Below, piece after piece: positions 7,726 to 16,538 of a stretch of 64,000 nt of DNA; positions within the stretch are counted from its first letter, which is position 1, and each line of letters starts with the position of its first letter. This DNA comes from Longimicrobiales bacterium (GTDB lineage: Bacteria; Gemmatimonadota; Gemmatimonadetes; Longimicrobiales; Gaopeijiaceae). Made by a program: the position numbers and the translations under genes. The notes beneath the pieces were generated by a model. It saw only the letters and a program-made list of their open reading frames with translations. It was not told the origin of the DNA and did no database searches. The stretch is taken from assembly GCA_965204735.1 (NCBI GenBank), contig OZ242008.1, forward strand, positions 1,248,001 through 1,312,000, read 5' to 3'.

Positions 7726-10700
7726 CTACCGCCGCCAAGCGGCCGGCGCGGGCACGCCGCGGCTCACCTGGACCTCCAGTCCCGGCTCTGGAAGCCCCCG
7801 CGCCCCGTCCGTCCCGGCTGGGCCGCGGACTCCCGAACCGGACCAGTCGCGCAGGATGCCGCGTACCCTGCCAGTGGCCGGGTCCCGCAGCAGTGCCGCC
7901 GCTGGGCCGGACTGCGCGTCCATGGCCACCGAGCCGTCTGGACCCGTCAGCACGATTCGCGACAGCGCGTCCGCCCAGCTCGACTCCGTCGGAAGCGCGA
8001 GCGCGAACGACTGTCGGCCGTCTCCGTCCGCCGTCTCGGCCATCTCGAAGCGCCGGGTGAAGAGCACGCGGCCGTCTTCGGCCTCGCCGGCGAGCTGCCA
8101 AGCACCGGTACCGTCCAGCGGGGTCGGCGGCGCTTCGACCACGAACGCCGGGTTCAGGAACGGGCGCCCGTCGGCGCCGGCACCGCCCCAGAGCAGAAGG
8201 GCGCGCACCGGCAGTGCGGCCCCGATTCCGGTTTCGTCCTGCAGGCGCCACCGCAACGCGTTTGCAAAGTGGTAGTCGCTGATTCCGCCCCAGTTGCAGT
8301 AACCCATCACGTCGCGAGCATTCGGAGGCACCAAGCTGCGGGAACGATGATCCCAGCCCCACGCACCACTGCGCCCTTTGGCGTGCGGATACCCAGGATC
8401 AGGGCCTCCTGCGCCTCCGCAGGGTGCATGCCATAGGTGCATGTTGTGTCCGAATTCGTGTGCAACGACCCCTCCGTCCGGTGTAGAAAACATGACTCGG
8501 CCGGGAACATACGCAACTCCACCCCCAACACCCCCCATGGTGCCCATGTAGTAGCCTGCTCCACCCTCCATGACCCGAATCGCTTCGGTCTCACCCAGCT
8601 GCCATCCCTTGGTAGAAGTCCAAACGGGCTCGTGAACGGTTACTCTCATGCGCCCCACGGGAAGCCAGCTGCGAGTCTCCTTGAAGAGTGGGGCCTCGGG
8701 CGAAAGACCCCGGGTCACGTTCAGAATCGACGAGTCCGGCACCGTCTCCCAAAGAAAAGGCACCACCGTCACGTCGAACGTCGGCATCTCGTACACGTCC
8801 AGCGTCGTCCGCCCTACCTCCGGGACACGTCGCGGGACGCCCAGCTGCGGGTCGAGCGCACCTTCCGGGTCCAACACCACCACGATCTCGACGCCCGGAC
8901 GCAACACTTCTCCCGGAACCGCGGCGTTCGTAGACAGGTCAAGGCTGCGTTCAGCCGCTTCGGTCTGCGCTGGTATCGCTCCAGTTCCCGGCGATAATGG
9001 AACGCTGTGCTTGGAACCGTCCTGCTGATAGAACGTCGCCACGCCAGATGGAACGCGCACACCTTCAGCATCTGGAGCCGCCACCAACACGCGCAGCAAC
9101 CCTGGCCTGCCCGCGACCAGCGGCACGGGAAAGTCCGGCGACTGGACCGTCTGCACGACGTACGCCGTGGCAGTCGCCAAGGCTGTTTCCGTCCGCGTCT
9201 CGCATATGCGAACGTACCGATTCCAGAACGACCTCATCTGCAACCGCGTGGCGAAATCGCCGCCAACACACAGCCTCGTGCCAGTCGCGCTGAGGGAGCT
9301 CAGTCGACGCCAGTTGGCTATTGGCAATAGTCCAACCAGGTCCGCATTGCCCGACAGGTACAGGTGCGTCAAGTTGGCCAAGCCGCCCAGCTCGCGAGGT
9401 ATCTCGCCCGTCAAGTCGTTGCCCGACAGGTACAGGTGCGTCAAGTTGGCCAAGCCGCCCAGCTCGCGAGGTATCTCGCCCGTCAAGTCGTTGCCCCCCA
9501 GGTGCAGCCAGTCCAAGTTGGCCAAGCCGCCCAGCTCGCGAGGTATCTCGCCCGTCAAGTCGTTGCCCGACAGGTACAGGTGCGTCAAGTTGGCCAAGCC
9601 GCCCAGCTCGCGAGGTATCTCGCCCGTCAAGTCGTTGCCCCCCAGGTGCAGCCAGTCCAAGTTGGCCAAGCCGCCCAGCTCGCGAGGTATCTCGCCCGTC
9701 AAGTCGTTGCTCCACAGGTGCAGCACCCTCAAGTTGGCCAAGCCGCCCAGCTCGCGAGGTATCTCGCCCGTCAAGTCGTTGCCCCACAGGAACAGCACCC
9801 TCAAGTTGGCCAAGCCGCCCAGCTCGCGAGGTATCTCGCCCGTCAAGTCGTTGCCCCCCAGGAACAGATCCCTCAAGTTGGCCAAGCCGCCCAGCTCGCG
9901 AGGTATCTCGCCCGTCAAGTCGTTGCCCCCCAGGTGCAGCCAGTCCAAGTTGGCCAAGCCGCCCAGCTCGCGAGGTATCTCGCCCGTCAAGTCGTTGCTC
10001 AACAGGTGCAGCTCCCTCAAGTTGGCCAAGCCGCCCAGCTCGCGAGGTATCTCGCCCGTCAAGTCGTTGCCCCACAGGTCCAGGCTTCTGACGCGACCAC
10101 TTGCGTCCGTTTCGACTCCGTGCCAAACGTCCAGCGGCACGTCGGTCAGCCAGTTGTCGCTCCTGCTCCAGTCTTGGCCGCCTGTCGCATAGAAGAATGT
10201 CTCGAGGATGTCGCGGTCCGTCAGCGGCGGGCACTCGGTGCCCGTGCCGGAATGCGAGCGGACTGATCGCAACCAGGCTCGGAATGCTGGATCGGCCGGT
10301 ATGCACACTTTCGTGCCCTCGTACGACAAAACCCGCAACGGCAACGCAGTCATTCCCGACGCAAGGCGACCGTTCAATCGGCCGTTGCCGCCGAGCCGCA
10401 ACTCCCGGAGTGCCCGAAGAGACGCCCAGTTTCCTGCGAGCACACCGGACAAGTCGTTAGCAGTCAAGTCAATGCCTACGACGCGGCCGGACAAGGAGTC
10501 CGTCTCTATACCGTACCAGTCAGCCAAGGGCCCCGGCTGAAGCCACCCACTGGATGATGCCCACTCGGAACCGCCAGTCGCGTGGTAGAATGAGCGAAGC
10601 GCCGCAGCCTCGGCCTCGTGGCAGAACGGCCCACGGCTTCGTTCAAGTCCTTGCACAAAGTCGATGAAGCTTCGCGTGCCAGGCGCACACAAGCCAGCAT

Positions 10701-11643
10701 TATCTGACCAGAACAAACCTCTCAGGACGCTTGAACGGGCTAGTTCGTGCGGTACCTCACCGCTCAAGTTGCTGTTGGTCACGGCTAGCCACTCCAAGTT
10801 GGCCAACTCACCCAGATCCGACGGGAGGCCGCCGGTGAAATCGTTGCCCTGCAAGTACATTTCTCTCAGACTGGTCAAACTGCCCAATTCTGATGGGACC
10901 TTACCAGTCAAATCGTTCAGGTACAGGTTTTCCAAGTTGGACAAGTTGCCCAGCTCTAGCGGGATCTCGCCGCCAGAGGTCGCGATGGCCAGGGAAATGA
11001 GCCTTGACAAGTTGCCCAATTCTGGTGGTATGTCGCCGCGAAAGTCGTTAAATTGCAGGGACAGCGTCGTCAAGTTGGACAAGTTGCCCAGTTCCCGAGG
11101 TATCGCTCCCGTCAGGTTGTTGTTGTTCAGATCCAGCGTCGTCAAGCTGGACAAGCCGCCCAGTTCCCGAGGTATCTCGCCGGTCAGGTTGTTGTCGCGC
11201 AGAGACAGCGTCGTCAAGCTGGACAAGCCGCCCAGTTCCCGAGGTATCTCGCCGGTCAGGTTGTTGTCGCGCAGAGACAGCGTCGTTAAGTTGGACAAGC
11301 CGCCCAGCTCCCGAGGTATCTCGCCCGTCAGGTTGTTGCCGGAAATCGTTAACTCTAGAACGTGACCACTTTCGGACGCCCTGACTCCGTGCCAAGTGTT
11401 CAGCGATGCGCCGGTCAGCCAGTTGTCGCTGTTGTCCCAGTCCGGGCCGTTAGTCGCCTCGTACAGAGCCACCAGCACGGCGCGGTCGCCAGCCGCCGTC
11501 GCGAAAGCGCTTGCGCCGCCGCCAGCCGGCGCGACCAGGGGCTCGGTCAGCTCGTCGTTGCAGGCCGTCGCCGCGAGCACGAAGGCGAATGCGGCAACCA
11601 CATGCTGGCGTGCAGTCTTGTTGTTGAGGATGTCGCGACGCAT
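7726..11643 (-). CDS. Lipoprotein with two plant-type LRR arrays and a C-terminal M66-like Zn-metallopeptidase domain (~1305 aa)
   Basis: RBS AAGGAG then ATG 11643; signal and lipobox AFAFVLAATAC; LRRNT-like caps (DRAVLVALYEATNGPDW..WHGV); 24-aa LxxLxLxxNxLTGEIPRELGGL repeats; HEFGHNMHLWHAPCG zinc motif. Confidence 0.9.
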   Translation of the reverse strand: MRRDILNNKTARQHVVAAFAFVLAATACNDELTEPLVAPAGGGASAFATAAGDRAVLVALYEATNGPDWDNSDNWLTGASLNTWHGVRASESGHVLELTISGNNLTGEIPRELGGLSNLTTLSLRDNNLTGEIPRELGGLSSLTTLSLRDNNLTGEIPRELGGLSSLTTLDLNNNNLTGAIPRELGNLSNLTTLSLQFNDFRGDIPPELGNLSRLISLAIATSGGEIPLELGNLSNLENLYLNDLTGKVPSELGSLTSLREMYLQGNDFTGGLPSDLGELANLEWLAVTNSNLSGEVPHELARSSVLRGLFWSDNAGLCAPGTRSFIDFVQGLERSRGPFCHEAEAAALRSFYHATGGSEWASSSGWLQPGPLADWYGIETDSLSGRVVGIDLTANDLSGVLAGNWASLRALRELRLGGNGRLNGRLASGMTALPLRVLSYEGTKVCIPADPAFRAWLRSVRSHSGTGTECPPLTDRDILETFFYATGGQDWSRSDNWLTDVPLDVWHGVETDASGRVRSLDLWGNDLTGEIPRELGGLANLRELHLLSNDLTGEIPRELGGLANLDWLHLGGNDLTGEIPRELGGLANLRDLFLGGNDLTGEIPRELGGLANLRVLFLWGNDLTGEIPRELGGLANLRVLHLWSNDLTGEIPRELGGLANLDWLHLGGNDLTGEIPRELGGLANLTHLYLSGNDLTGEIPRELGGLANLDWLHLGGNDLTGEIPRELGGLANLTHLYLSGNDLTGEIPRELGGLANLTHLYLSGNADLVGLLPIANWRRLSSLSATGTRLCVGGDFATRLQMRSFWNRYVRICETRTETALATATAYVVQTVQSPDFPVPLVAGRPGLLRVLVAAPDAEGVRVPSGVATFYQQDGSKHSVPLSPGTGAIPAQTEAAERSLDLSTNAAVPGEVLRPGVEIVVVLDPEGALDPQLGVPRRVPEVGRTTLDVYEMPTFDVTVVPFLWETVPDSSILNVTRGLSPEAPLFKETRSWLPVGRMRVTVHEPVWTSTKGWQLGETEAIRVMEGGAGYYMGTMGGVGGGVAYVPGRVMFSTPDGGVVAHEFGHNMHLWHAPCGGAGGPDPGYPHAKGRSGAWGWDHRSRSLVPPNARDVMGYCNWGGISDYHFANALRWRLQDETGIGAALPVRALLLWGGAGADGRPFLNPAFVVEAPPTPLDGTGAWQLAGEAEDGRVLFTRRFEMAETADGDGRQSFALALPTESSWADALSRIVLTGPDGSVAMDAQSGPAAALLRDPATGRVRGILRDWSGSGVRGPAGTDGARGLPEPGLEVQVSRGVPAPAAWRR
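9350..10090. repeat. 72-bp LRR tandem array: 10 identical 53-bp blocks with 19-bp variable segments
   Basis: caagttggccaagccgcccagctcgcgaggtatctcgcccgtcaagtcgttgc begins at 9370, 9442, 9514, 9586, 9658, 9730, 9802, 9874, 9946 and 10018. Confidence 0.97.
10780..11360. repeat. First LRR array (72-bp units, partly homogenised)
   Basis: Near-identical units encoding LS(N/S)LTTLSLRDNNLTGEIPRELGG at 11060-11345, more diverged toward 10780. Confidence 0.9.
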
Positions 11644-11675
11644 GGCCGTTCTCCTTGGTTTCCTTGCCGGCCGTC

Positions 11676-13475
11676 TCATTGCGGCCGTCGGCTCCCGATC
11701 AGCATGAACTCTCCCGACGACCGGCACAGCGTCGGCCGCGACGATGTGCCCGGGCTCGGCCACGAACGTCCCGGGCACGCGCTCGCTGCACTCGGCTGGG
11801 AGTTTCCAGCGACCGGCCGGAACTCGATTCGGCCGGCCGGCCTGACAACGGCGACAAGGACTGGTGCCGGCGCTTCGGAGCCCGATCCGCCGGGCCGTTG
11901 CGCGACCACCGGTCCCGCTGCCCGGAGGCCGCCCGCTGCAAGAACCCTCACCTTGATCGCCGACGAACAATTGTTGCCCGTGTTCGCCTCCCCCTCCACC
12001 GCGGCCACGCACTCGCCCACCCACAACACGGTCCCCGGCGACGCCGACCGCCTCACGGTCATCGAGGCAATCCCCTGCACCGCCTCGCCCGGGCCGAGGA
12101 CCGGCACGCGAGTGACCTGGCCCACCGGGTCGTCCGACGTCGTGACCACGGAATCGGTCGACAGGAACGCGCCCACCGTCGTCGCAACCGACGCCGCGGC
12201 GCCACGGTTCCGTATTTCCACGACGTACTTGAAGCTGCCCCCCGGAGCGACCACCACGCTGTCCGGCGACACACCCGCCACTAGGTCCGGCCGGCCGGTC
12301 ACCTTCACCTTGATCGCCACCGAACAGTTGTTTCCCGTGTCCGATTCCCCCTCCACCGCGTCCATGCACTCGCCCACCCACAACACCGTCCCCGGCGACA
12401 ACGACGCGCCCACCGTGAACGTCGCGACCCTGCTCGCCGACTCGCCCGCGCCCAGCTCCGGCACGTCCGACGCCTCCCCCACCTCCTCGTCCGACATCGT
12501 GACCACCGAGTCCGGCGACGCGAGCATCCTCGCTTTCGTCGCAGCCGCCGGGCCAGCACCTCGGTTCTGGATTGCCACCACGTACTCGAAGCCGCCCCCA
12601 GGCGCGACCGACACGCTGTCCGGCCACGAACTCACATAGGACAAGTCCGGCCGGCCCGTCACCGTCACCTTGATCGACTCCGAGCAGTTGTTGCCCGTGT
12701 CCGTCTCCCACTGCACCGGGTCGACGCACTCGCCTACATAGAGGACCGTGCCCAGCTCCGCCGCCGAACTCACCGTGAACGAGCCCGTCCTGCTTGCCGA
12801 CTCGCCCGGACCCAGGCTGGGCACGGGGGCCGGGACACCCACCACTTCGTCCGAGGTCGTGATCACGTTGTCGGCCGACACGAACGTTCTCGCTCGGGTC
12901 GCTGCCGCCGTCGTGTCACCCCGGTTGCGTACAATGGCCACGTATTCGAAGCTGCCCCCCGCCCAAGTCGCCGCGTTGCCGGGCGACAGGCTCGCAATCA
13001 AGTCCGGCAGGACCGCGACCGCCGTCGCCCGGACCTCGGTCGACACGCCTTCCCGTACCGTTGCCGCCAGCACTTGCTCGCCGACCGAGTCGCCCAGCGT
13101 CCATGTCGTGGCCGCGAGCCCGGCCGAATTGCTTCTTGTCGCCCACGGATCGGCTGCGCCGTGGCCCTCCGTCGGCACGAACGTGACCGTCGCACCCGCC
13201 ACTGGCGAACCGCCCGCGTCCAAGAGCCGCACGACGACGGGCTCCCGAAGCGGCTCGCCGACTCGGGCCCACTGGTCGGCGCCCGCAAACGGCTCCACTA
13301 CCGCGGTCGCTCCTCCGTCCGGACCCGTGCCCGAGTCGCCCCCGCAAGCGGCAAGCCCCGATGCGACGACGGTAACCGCCAGAGATGGCCACTTGCCACG
13401 ACTTGGGCCATGTCGGCTTGGCTCCAAGGCGGCAAGCCCGCGCTCCGGCTTCCGCAGGACACCGACCGCCTGCAT
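11676..13475 (-). CDS. Lipoprotein with an Ig-like (Big-1) domain and three CARDB-like domains
   Basis: Lipobox VVASGLAAC; VVRLLDAGGSPVAGATVTF..GLAATTWTLG (Big-1-like); three PDL..GGSFEY...RNRG..VGECVD...E.DTGNNCS repeats. Start uncertain. Confidence 0.85.
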   Translation of the reverse strand: MQAVGVLRKPERGLAALEPSRHGPSRGKWPSLAVTVVASGLAACGGDSGTGPDGGATAVVEPFAGADQWARVGEPLREPVVVRLLDAGGSPVAGATVTFVPTEGHGAADPWATRSNSAGLAATTWTLGDSVGEQVLAATVREGVSTEVRATAVAVLPDLIASLSPGNAATWAGGSFEYVAIVRNRGDTTAAATRARTFVSADNVITTSDEVVGVPAPVPSLGPGESASRTGSFTVSSAAELGTVLYVGECVDPVQWETDTGNNCSESIKVTVTGRPDLSYVSSWPDSVSVAPGGGFEYVVAIQNRGAGPAAATKARMLASPDSVVTMSDEEVGEASDVPELGAGESASRVATFTVGASLSPGTVLWVGECMDAVEGESDTGNNCSVAIKVKVTGRPDLVAGVSPDSVVVAPGGSFKYVVEIRNRGAAASVATTVGAFLSTDSVVTTSDDPVGQVTRVPVLGPGEAVQGIASMTVRRSASPGTVLWVGECVAAVEGEANTGNNCSSAIKVRVLAAGGLRAAGPVVAQRPGGSGSEAPAPVLVAVVRPAGRIEFRPVAGNSQPSAASACPGRSWPSPGTSSRPTLCRSSGEFMLIGSRRPQ

Positions 13476-13515
13476 CAGGCTCGCGAGAGGCCACCGAAGC
13501 CGTGACGCTTCTCTG

Positions 13516-14118
13516 CTACGACATCCACAGCGAAGCGATCAGCACGAAGGCACCGAAGGCAAGCATCAGAAGTATCCGAAAGTCTCGTCTGCTCCGCTTC
13601 AATGCCTTGCCTTGCGCATCGGCTAAGTCACGAACTTCCTCACGGGTATCGTCGTGCACTTTTAGGAGTCGCCGGACCTCGTTCTGGAGTTGGTCGACCT
13701 TCTCCCGAGCGTCTTCGTGCTTCGCTAGGAATCGACCAATCTCCTGTCGAGTTTGATCGTGTTCCTCTTGGATTCGGCTGACGGCCTGTTGGTTGTTCTT
13801 GTTCCCTTTCGATATCAGGTTAGGAAACCGCGCCAATAACGCGGACGCGAGGCCCAATAACGCGGACACGAGGCCAATGTTCCACTTCCACCTCTCCGTC
13901 TCCCCCTCCCTTTGAGCCTCGTCGGGGACGCCTCCCTGGTCCGCCGCTCCTTGGTAGCGAGACCACCCCACTGTCTCTCCCGGAAGCGAGATCGTGTTGA
14001 TAAATGGGATTTCGACGATGGCGGTGGCCTCGACGGGTGCCGCCACGCCGCAACCAGTGAAGAAGTATGCGGCGGTGGCGAGGAGGTAGTAGTAGTAGTA
14101 GTAGCGTCGTCCTGCCAT
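13516..14118 (-). CDS. Hypothetical membrane/coiled-coil protein with a poly-Tyr N-terminus
   Basis: 200-aa ORF; possible lipobox FFTGC, central and C-terminal hydrophobic helices, heptad-like region. Confidence 0.55.
   Translation of the reverse strand: MAGRRYYYYYYLLATAAYFFTGCGVAAPVEATAIVEIPFINTISLPGETVGWSRYQGAADQGGVPDEAQREGETERWKWNIGLVSALLGLASALLARFPNLISKGNKNNQQAVSRIQEEHDQTRQEIGRFLAKHEDAREKVDQLQNEVRRLLKVHDDTREEVRDLADAQGKALKRSRRDFRILLMLAFGAFVLIASLWMS
14086..14103. repeat. (GTA)6 / (TAC)6 microsatellite in the coding region
   Basis: gtagtagtagtagtagta encodes YYYYYY. Confidence 0.9.
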
Positions 14119-14489
14119 TGGATTGGCTCCGTGAGTGGGTTGGACGGAGTCACCTTGATTGAATCAATCATAGCCCCTGCGATCGGACACAACTACGTCA
14201 GAAGCAGGTCAATATGCGGCATATTGCGTGAACGGGAGCGATGTGCGGACAGCCAGATGCGATGTGGGCGTTCGCGTGCATGGCGTGCGTCCGCTCTCGC
14301 GACGGCCCGGCCCGCTCCAACATGCGCCGACGAGATACTGGTCCTCCTGATCTGGCGGGGAAAGCCAATCGCCCGAAAGGCTTGACCGGCGCGTTACCCT
14401 GTAGGCCATGCCGACTCCCAGGCCCGGGATCGGCGAGGCACTCGCAGATCCGACTGACCGGCCGACCCCGGGGAAAGGCGAGCAACCCG

Positions 14490-14933
14490 ATGGACTTCCT
14501 CACCAGCGACGCATTCATAACCATCGTTTCCGTCGTCGGCTCCGTCGCGGGGCTTCTGCTGGCGCTGCGGGCCGACATCGGAAGCCGCATCGACCGGCTG
14601 GAGGAGCGCGCCAAGGAGAGGGACCAAGCCCTCGGACAGCGCATCGACCGGCTCGAGGATCGGACTCGGGCCGATCACTTGAAGCTCGTCGCGGAGATCA
14701 ACGAGCTGAAGACGGACATGGGCGCCCAAATCAACGAGCTGAAGACGGCCATGGCCACCCAAATCGCCGAGCTGAAGGCGGCCGTGAGCGCCCAGATCGC
14801 CAAGCTGACGACGGCCGTGAGCGTCGTCGACGCCAAGCTCGACGAGAGATCGGCGCCGCAGGGGCTCGTGGTCAAGGAACCCTCCGGGGACTACGCGGCG
14901 GACGACGAGCCGGAGGGCGGCCCGGAGCCGTGA
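14490..14933 (+). CDS. Small membrane-anchored coiled-coil protein with 11-aa repeats
   Basis: MDFLTSDAFITIVSVVGSVAGLLLAL, then RIDRLE twice and AQINELKT-type repeats. Confidence 0.75.
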   Translation: MDFLTSDAFITIVSVVGSVAGLLLALRADIGSRIDRLEERAKERDQALGQRIDRLEDRTRADHLKLVAEINELKTDMGAQINELKTAMATQIAELKAAVSAQIAKLTTAVSVVDAKLDERSAPQGLVVKEPSGDYAADDEPEGGPEP

Positions 14934-14987
14934 CGCATCCGTCGGGCCTTCCCAAGTGCGGGCCGTGCGACGTTCGCGGCTCGCGGC

Positions 14988-15842
14988 TCACACCAGATAC
15001 CCGCCGTCCACCGGCACCACTGCGCCGGTGACGTGGCGCGCCGCCTCCGAGCAGAGGAAGAGGATCACCGACGCCACGTCCTGGGGGTCGCCCAGGCGGC
15101 CGAGGACGCTGCGCTCCCGGGCCCGGTCCATGATCTCGGCGGGCACCCGCTCGGTGAGCTCGGTGGTGCGGATGTAGCCGGGCGCGACGGCGTTCACGTT
15201 GACGTTGGACGGGCCCAGCTCGGCGGCGGCGCTCCGGGTGAGGCCGAAGAGTCCCGCCTTCGAGGAGCAGTAGTTGGCCAGGCCGAACTCGCTGGAAAGT
15301 CCGTGGACCGACGACACGTTGACGATCTTGCCGAACTCCTGGGCGCGGAAGTGGGGCGCCGCGGCCCGGGTGAAGTAGAAGGCGCCCGACAAGTTGGTGT
15401 CGATCACGGTCCGCCACTCGTCGTCGTCCATCCGCCAGAGGGCGCTGTCCCGACCCACGCCGGCGTTGTTCACCAGGAAGTGGAGGCCGCCCAGCACGGC
15501 CCGGGCCTCGCCGACGAACTCGGTCGCCTCCGCCGGGTCCCGCACGTCGCCGGGCCGCGAGAAGACCTCGACGCCGCACTCGCGCAGCTCGCTCTCCACC
15601 TCGTCGGCCACCCCCCGGCTCGCCGACCCCCGGTCCAGGTAGTTGAAGGCGACGTGGGCGCCGGCCCGGGCGAAGGCGGTCGCCGTGGCGCGGCCGATCC
15701 CGCTCGATGCGCCCGTCACCAGCGCCACCCGCCCCCGCAGCGACGGGTCCGACGCCGCCGGCTCGGGCGCCGGACGGGGAACCGGCCCGGTCAGCGCGTC
15801 GGCCGCCCCCACGGCCTCCACGGCGTCGCCGCTCGTCCTCAC
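14988..15842 (-). CDS. Short-chain dehydrogenase/reductase (FabG-like)
   Basis: TGASSGIG, NNAG, YCSSK, NAVAPG, VDGG. Confidence 0.92.
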   Translation of the reverse strand: MRTSGDAVEAVGAADALTGPVPRPAPEPAASDPSLRGRVALVTGASSGIGRATATAFARAGAHVAFNYLDRGSASRGVADEVESELRECGVEVFSRPGDVRDPAEATEFVGEARAVLGGLHFLVNNAGVGRDSALWRMDDDEWRTVIDTNLSGAFYFTRAAAPHFRAQEFGKIVNVSSVHGLSSEFGLANYCSSKAGLFGLTRSAAAELGPSNVNVNAVAPGYIRTTELTERVPAEIMDRARERSVLGRLGDPQDVASVILFLCSEAARHVTGAVVPVDGGYLV

Positions 15843-16522
15843 CGGCCGCCGCCCGGCTTGGCGTGCTTGATCGACTTGGCCTCGACGAGGAACACCACGT
15901 CCTCCGCGATGTTGGTCGCCAAGTCTCCGATCCGCTCCAGGTTCTGGACCACCAGGATCATCTCCAGGCCCGGGCTGATGTAGCGGGGCTGCTCCAGCAT
16001 GTACGACACGACGATCCGGAAGGCGGAACGCCGCAAGTCGTCCACTCGCTCGTCCGCCGCCACGACGCGACGGGCGACGGCGACGTCCCGGTTCACCAGC
16101 GCGCCCAGCGCGTCGTCCAGCATCGCCAGCGCCTGGTCGCCCATCTCCCGCACCTCCAGGATGTCCGGCAGCGGAGGGTGAGATGCGATCCGCTTCGTCG
16201 CCTTGGCGATGTTCACCGCGTGGTCGCCGATCCGCTCGATGTCGTTGGACGCCTTCAAGGTGACGAACGCCTGCCGCAAGTCGCCCGCGACGGGTCTCTG
16301 AAGCGCCAGGAACTCCAGCACCCGCTCGTCGATCTCCACTTCCAGGGCGTCGATCCCGTCGTCGGAGCGCCTGACCTGCTTCGAGCGGGTCGGGTCGCGT
16401 TCCGCCAAGCCGGTCATCGCCAGCCGCACGAGCTCCTCCGCCCGTCCCGCCATCTCCAGCAGCATCTCGCGGAGGCGGTCCAGCTCGGCTTCGGCCCGGC
16501 TCCTGGGGGGCGGCTCGTTCAT
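15839..16522 (-). CDS. phoU: Phosphate signalling complex protein PhoU
   Basis: LALQRPVAGDLR, DIERIGDHAVNIA, NLERIGDLATNIAEDV. Confidence 0.96.
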   Translation of the reverse strand: MNEPPPRSRAEAELDRLREMLLEMAGRAEELVRLAMTGLAERDPTRSKQVRRSDDGIDALEVEIDERVLEFLALQRPVAGDLRQAFVTLKASNDIERIGDHAVNIAKATKRIASHPPLPDILEVREMGDQALAMLDDALGALVNRDVAVARRVVAADERVDDLRRSAFRIVVSYMLEQPRYISPGLEMILVVQNLERIGDLATNIAEDVVFLVEAKSIKHAKPGGGR

Positions 16523-16538
16523 GGCGGGGGTGGGCGGG

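Noticed and set aside
9370..10070. CRISPR-like array (constant 53 bp plus variable 19 bp)
   Set aside because: The 72-bp period is in frame within an LRR gene, the variable parts are related to each other and recur, and there are no cas genes.
9350..10090. Diversity-generating retroelement as the source of LRR variation
   Set aside because: No reverse transcriptase or template repeat in the window, and AAC codons in the constant block do not vary. The NNC/NNG pattern at two variable codons is explained by GC3 bias. A remote DGR cannot be fully excluded.
9065..10306. Repetitive proteins in the other frames of the LRR array
   Set aside because: By-products of a stop-free 72-bp repeat.
11644..12729. 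N-terminal 362 aa of the 1667-aa ORF
   Set aside because: Off-frame shadow of the CARDB gene. A strong RBS, ATG and lipoprotein signal are at 11643.
14200..14480. Possible riboswitch or ncRNA in the divergent intergenic region
   Set aside because: Only short GC hairpins with no recognisable conserved motif. An Rfam/Infernal scan would be needed.
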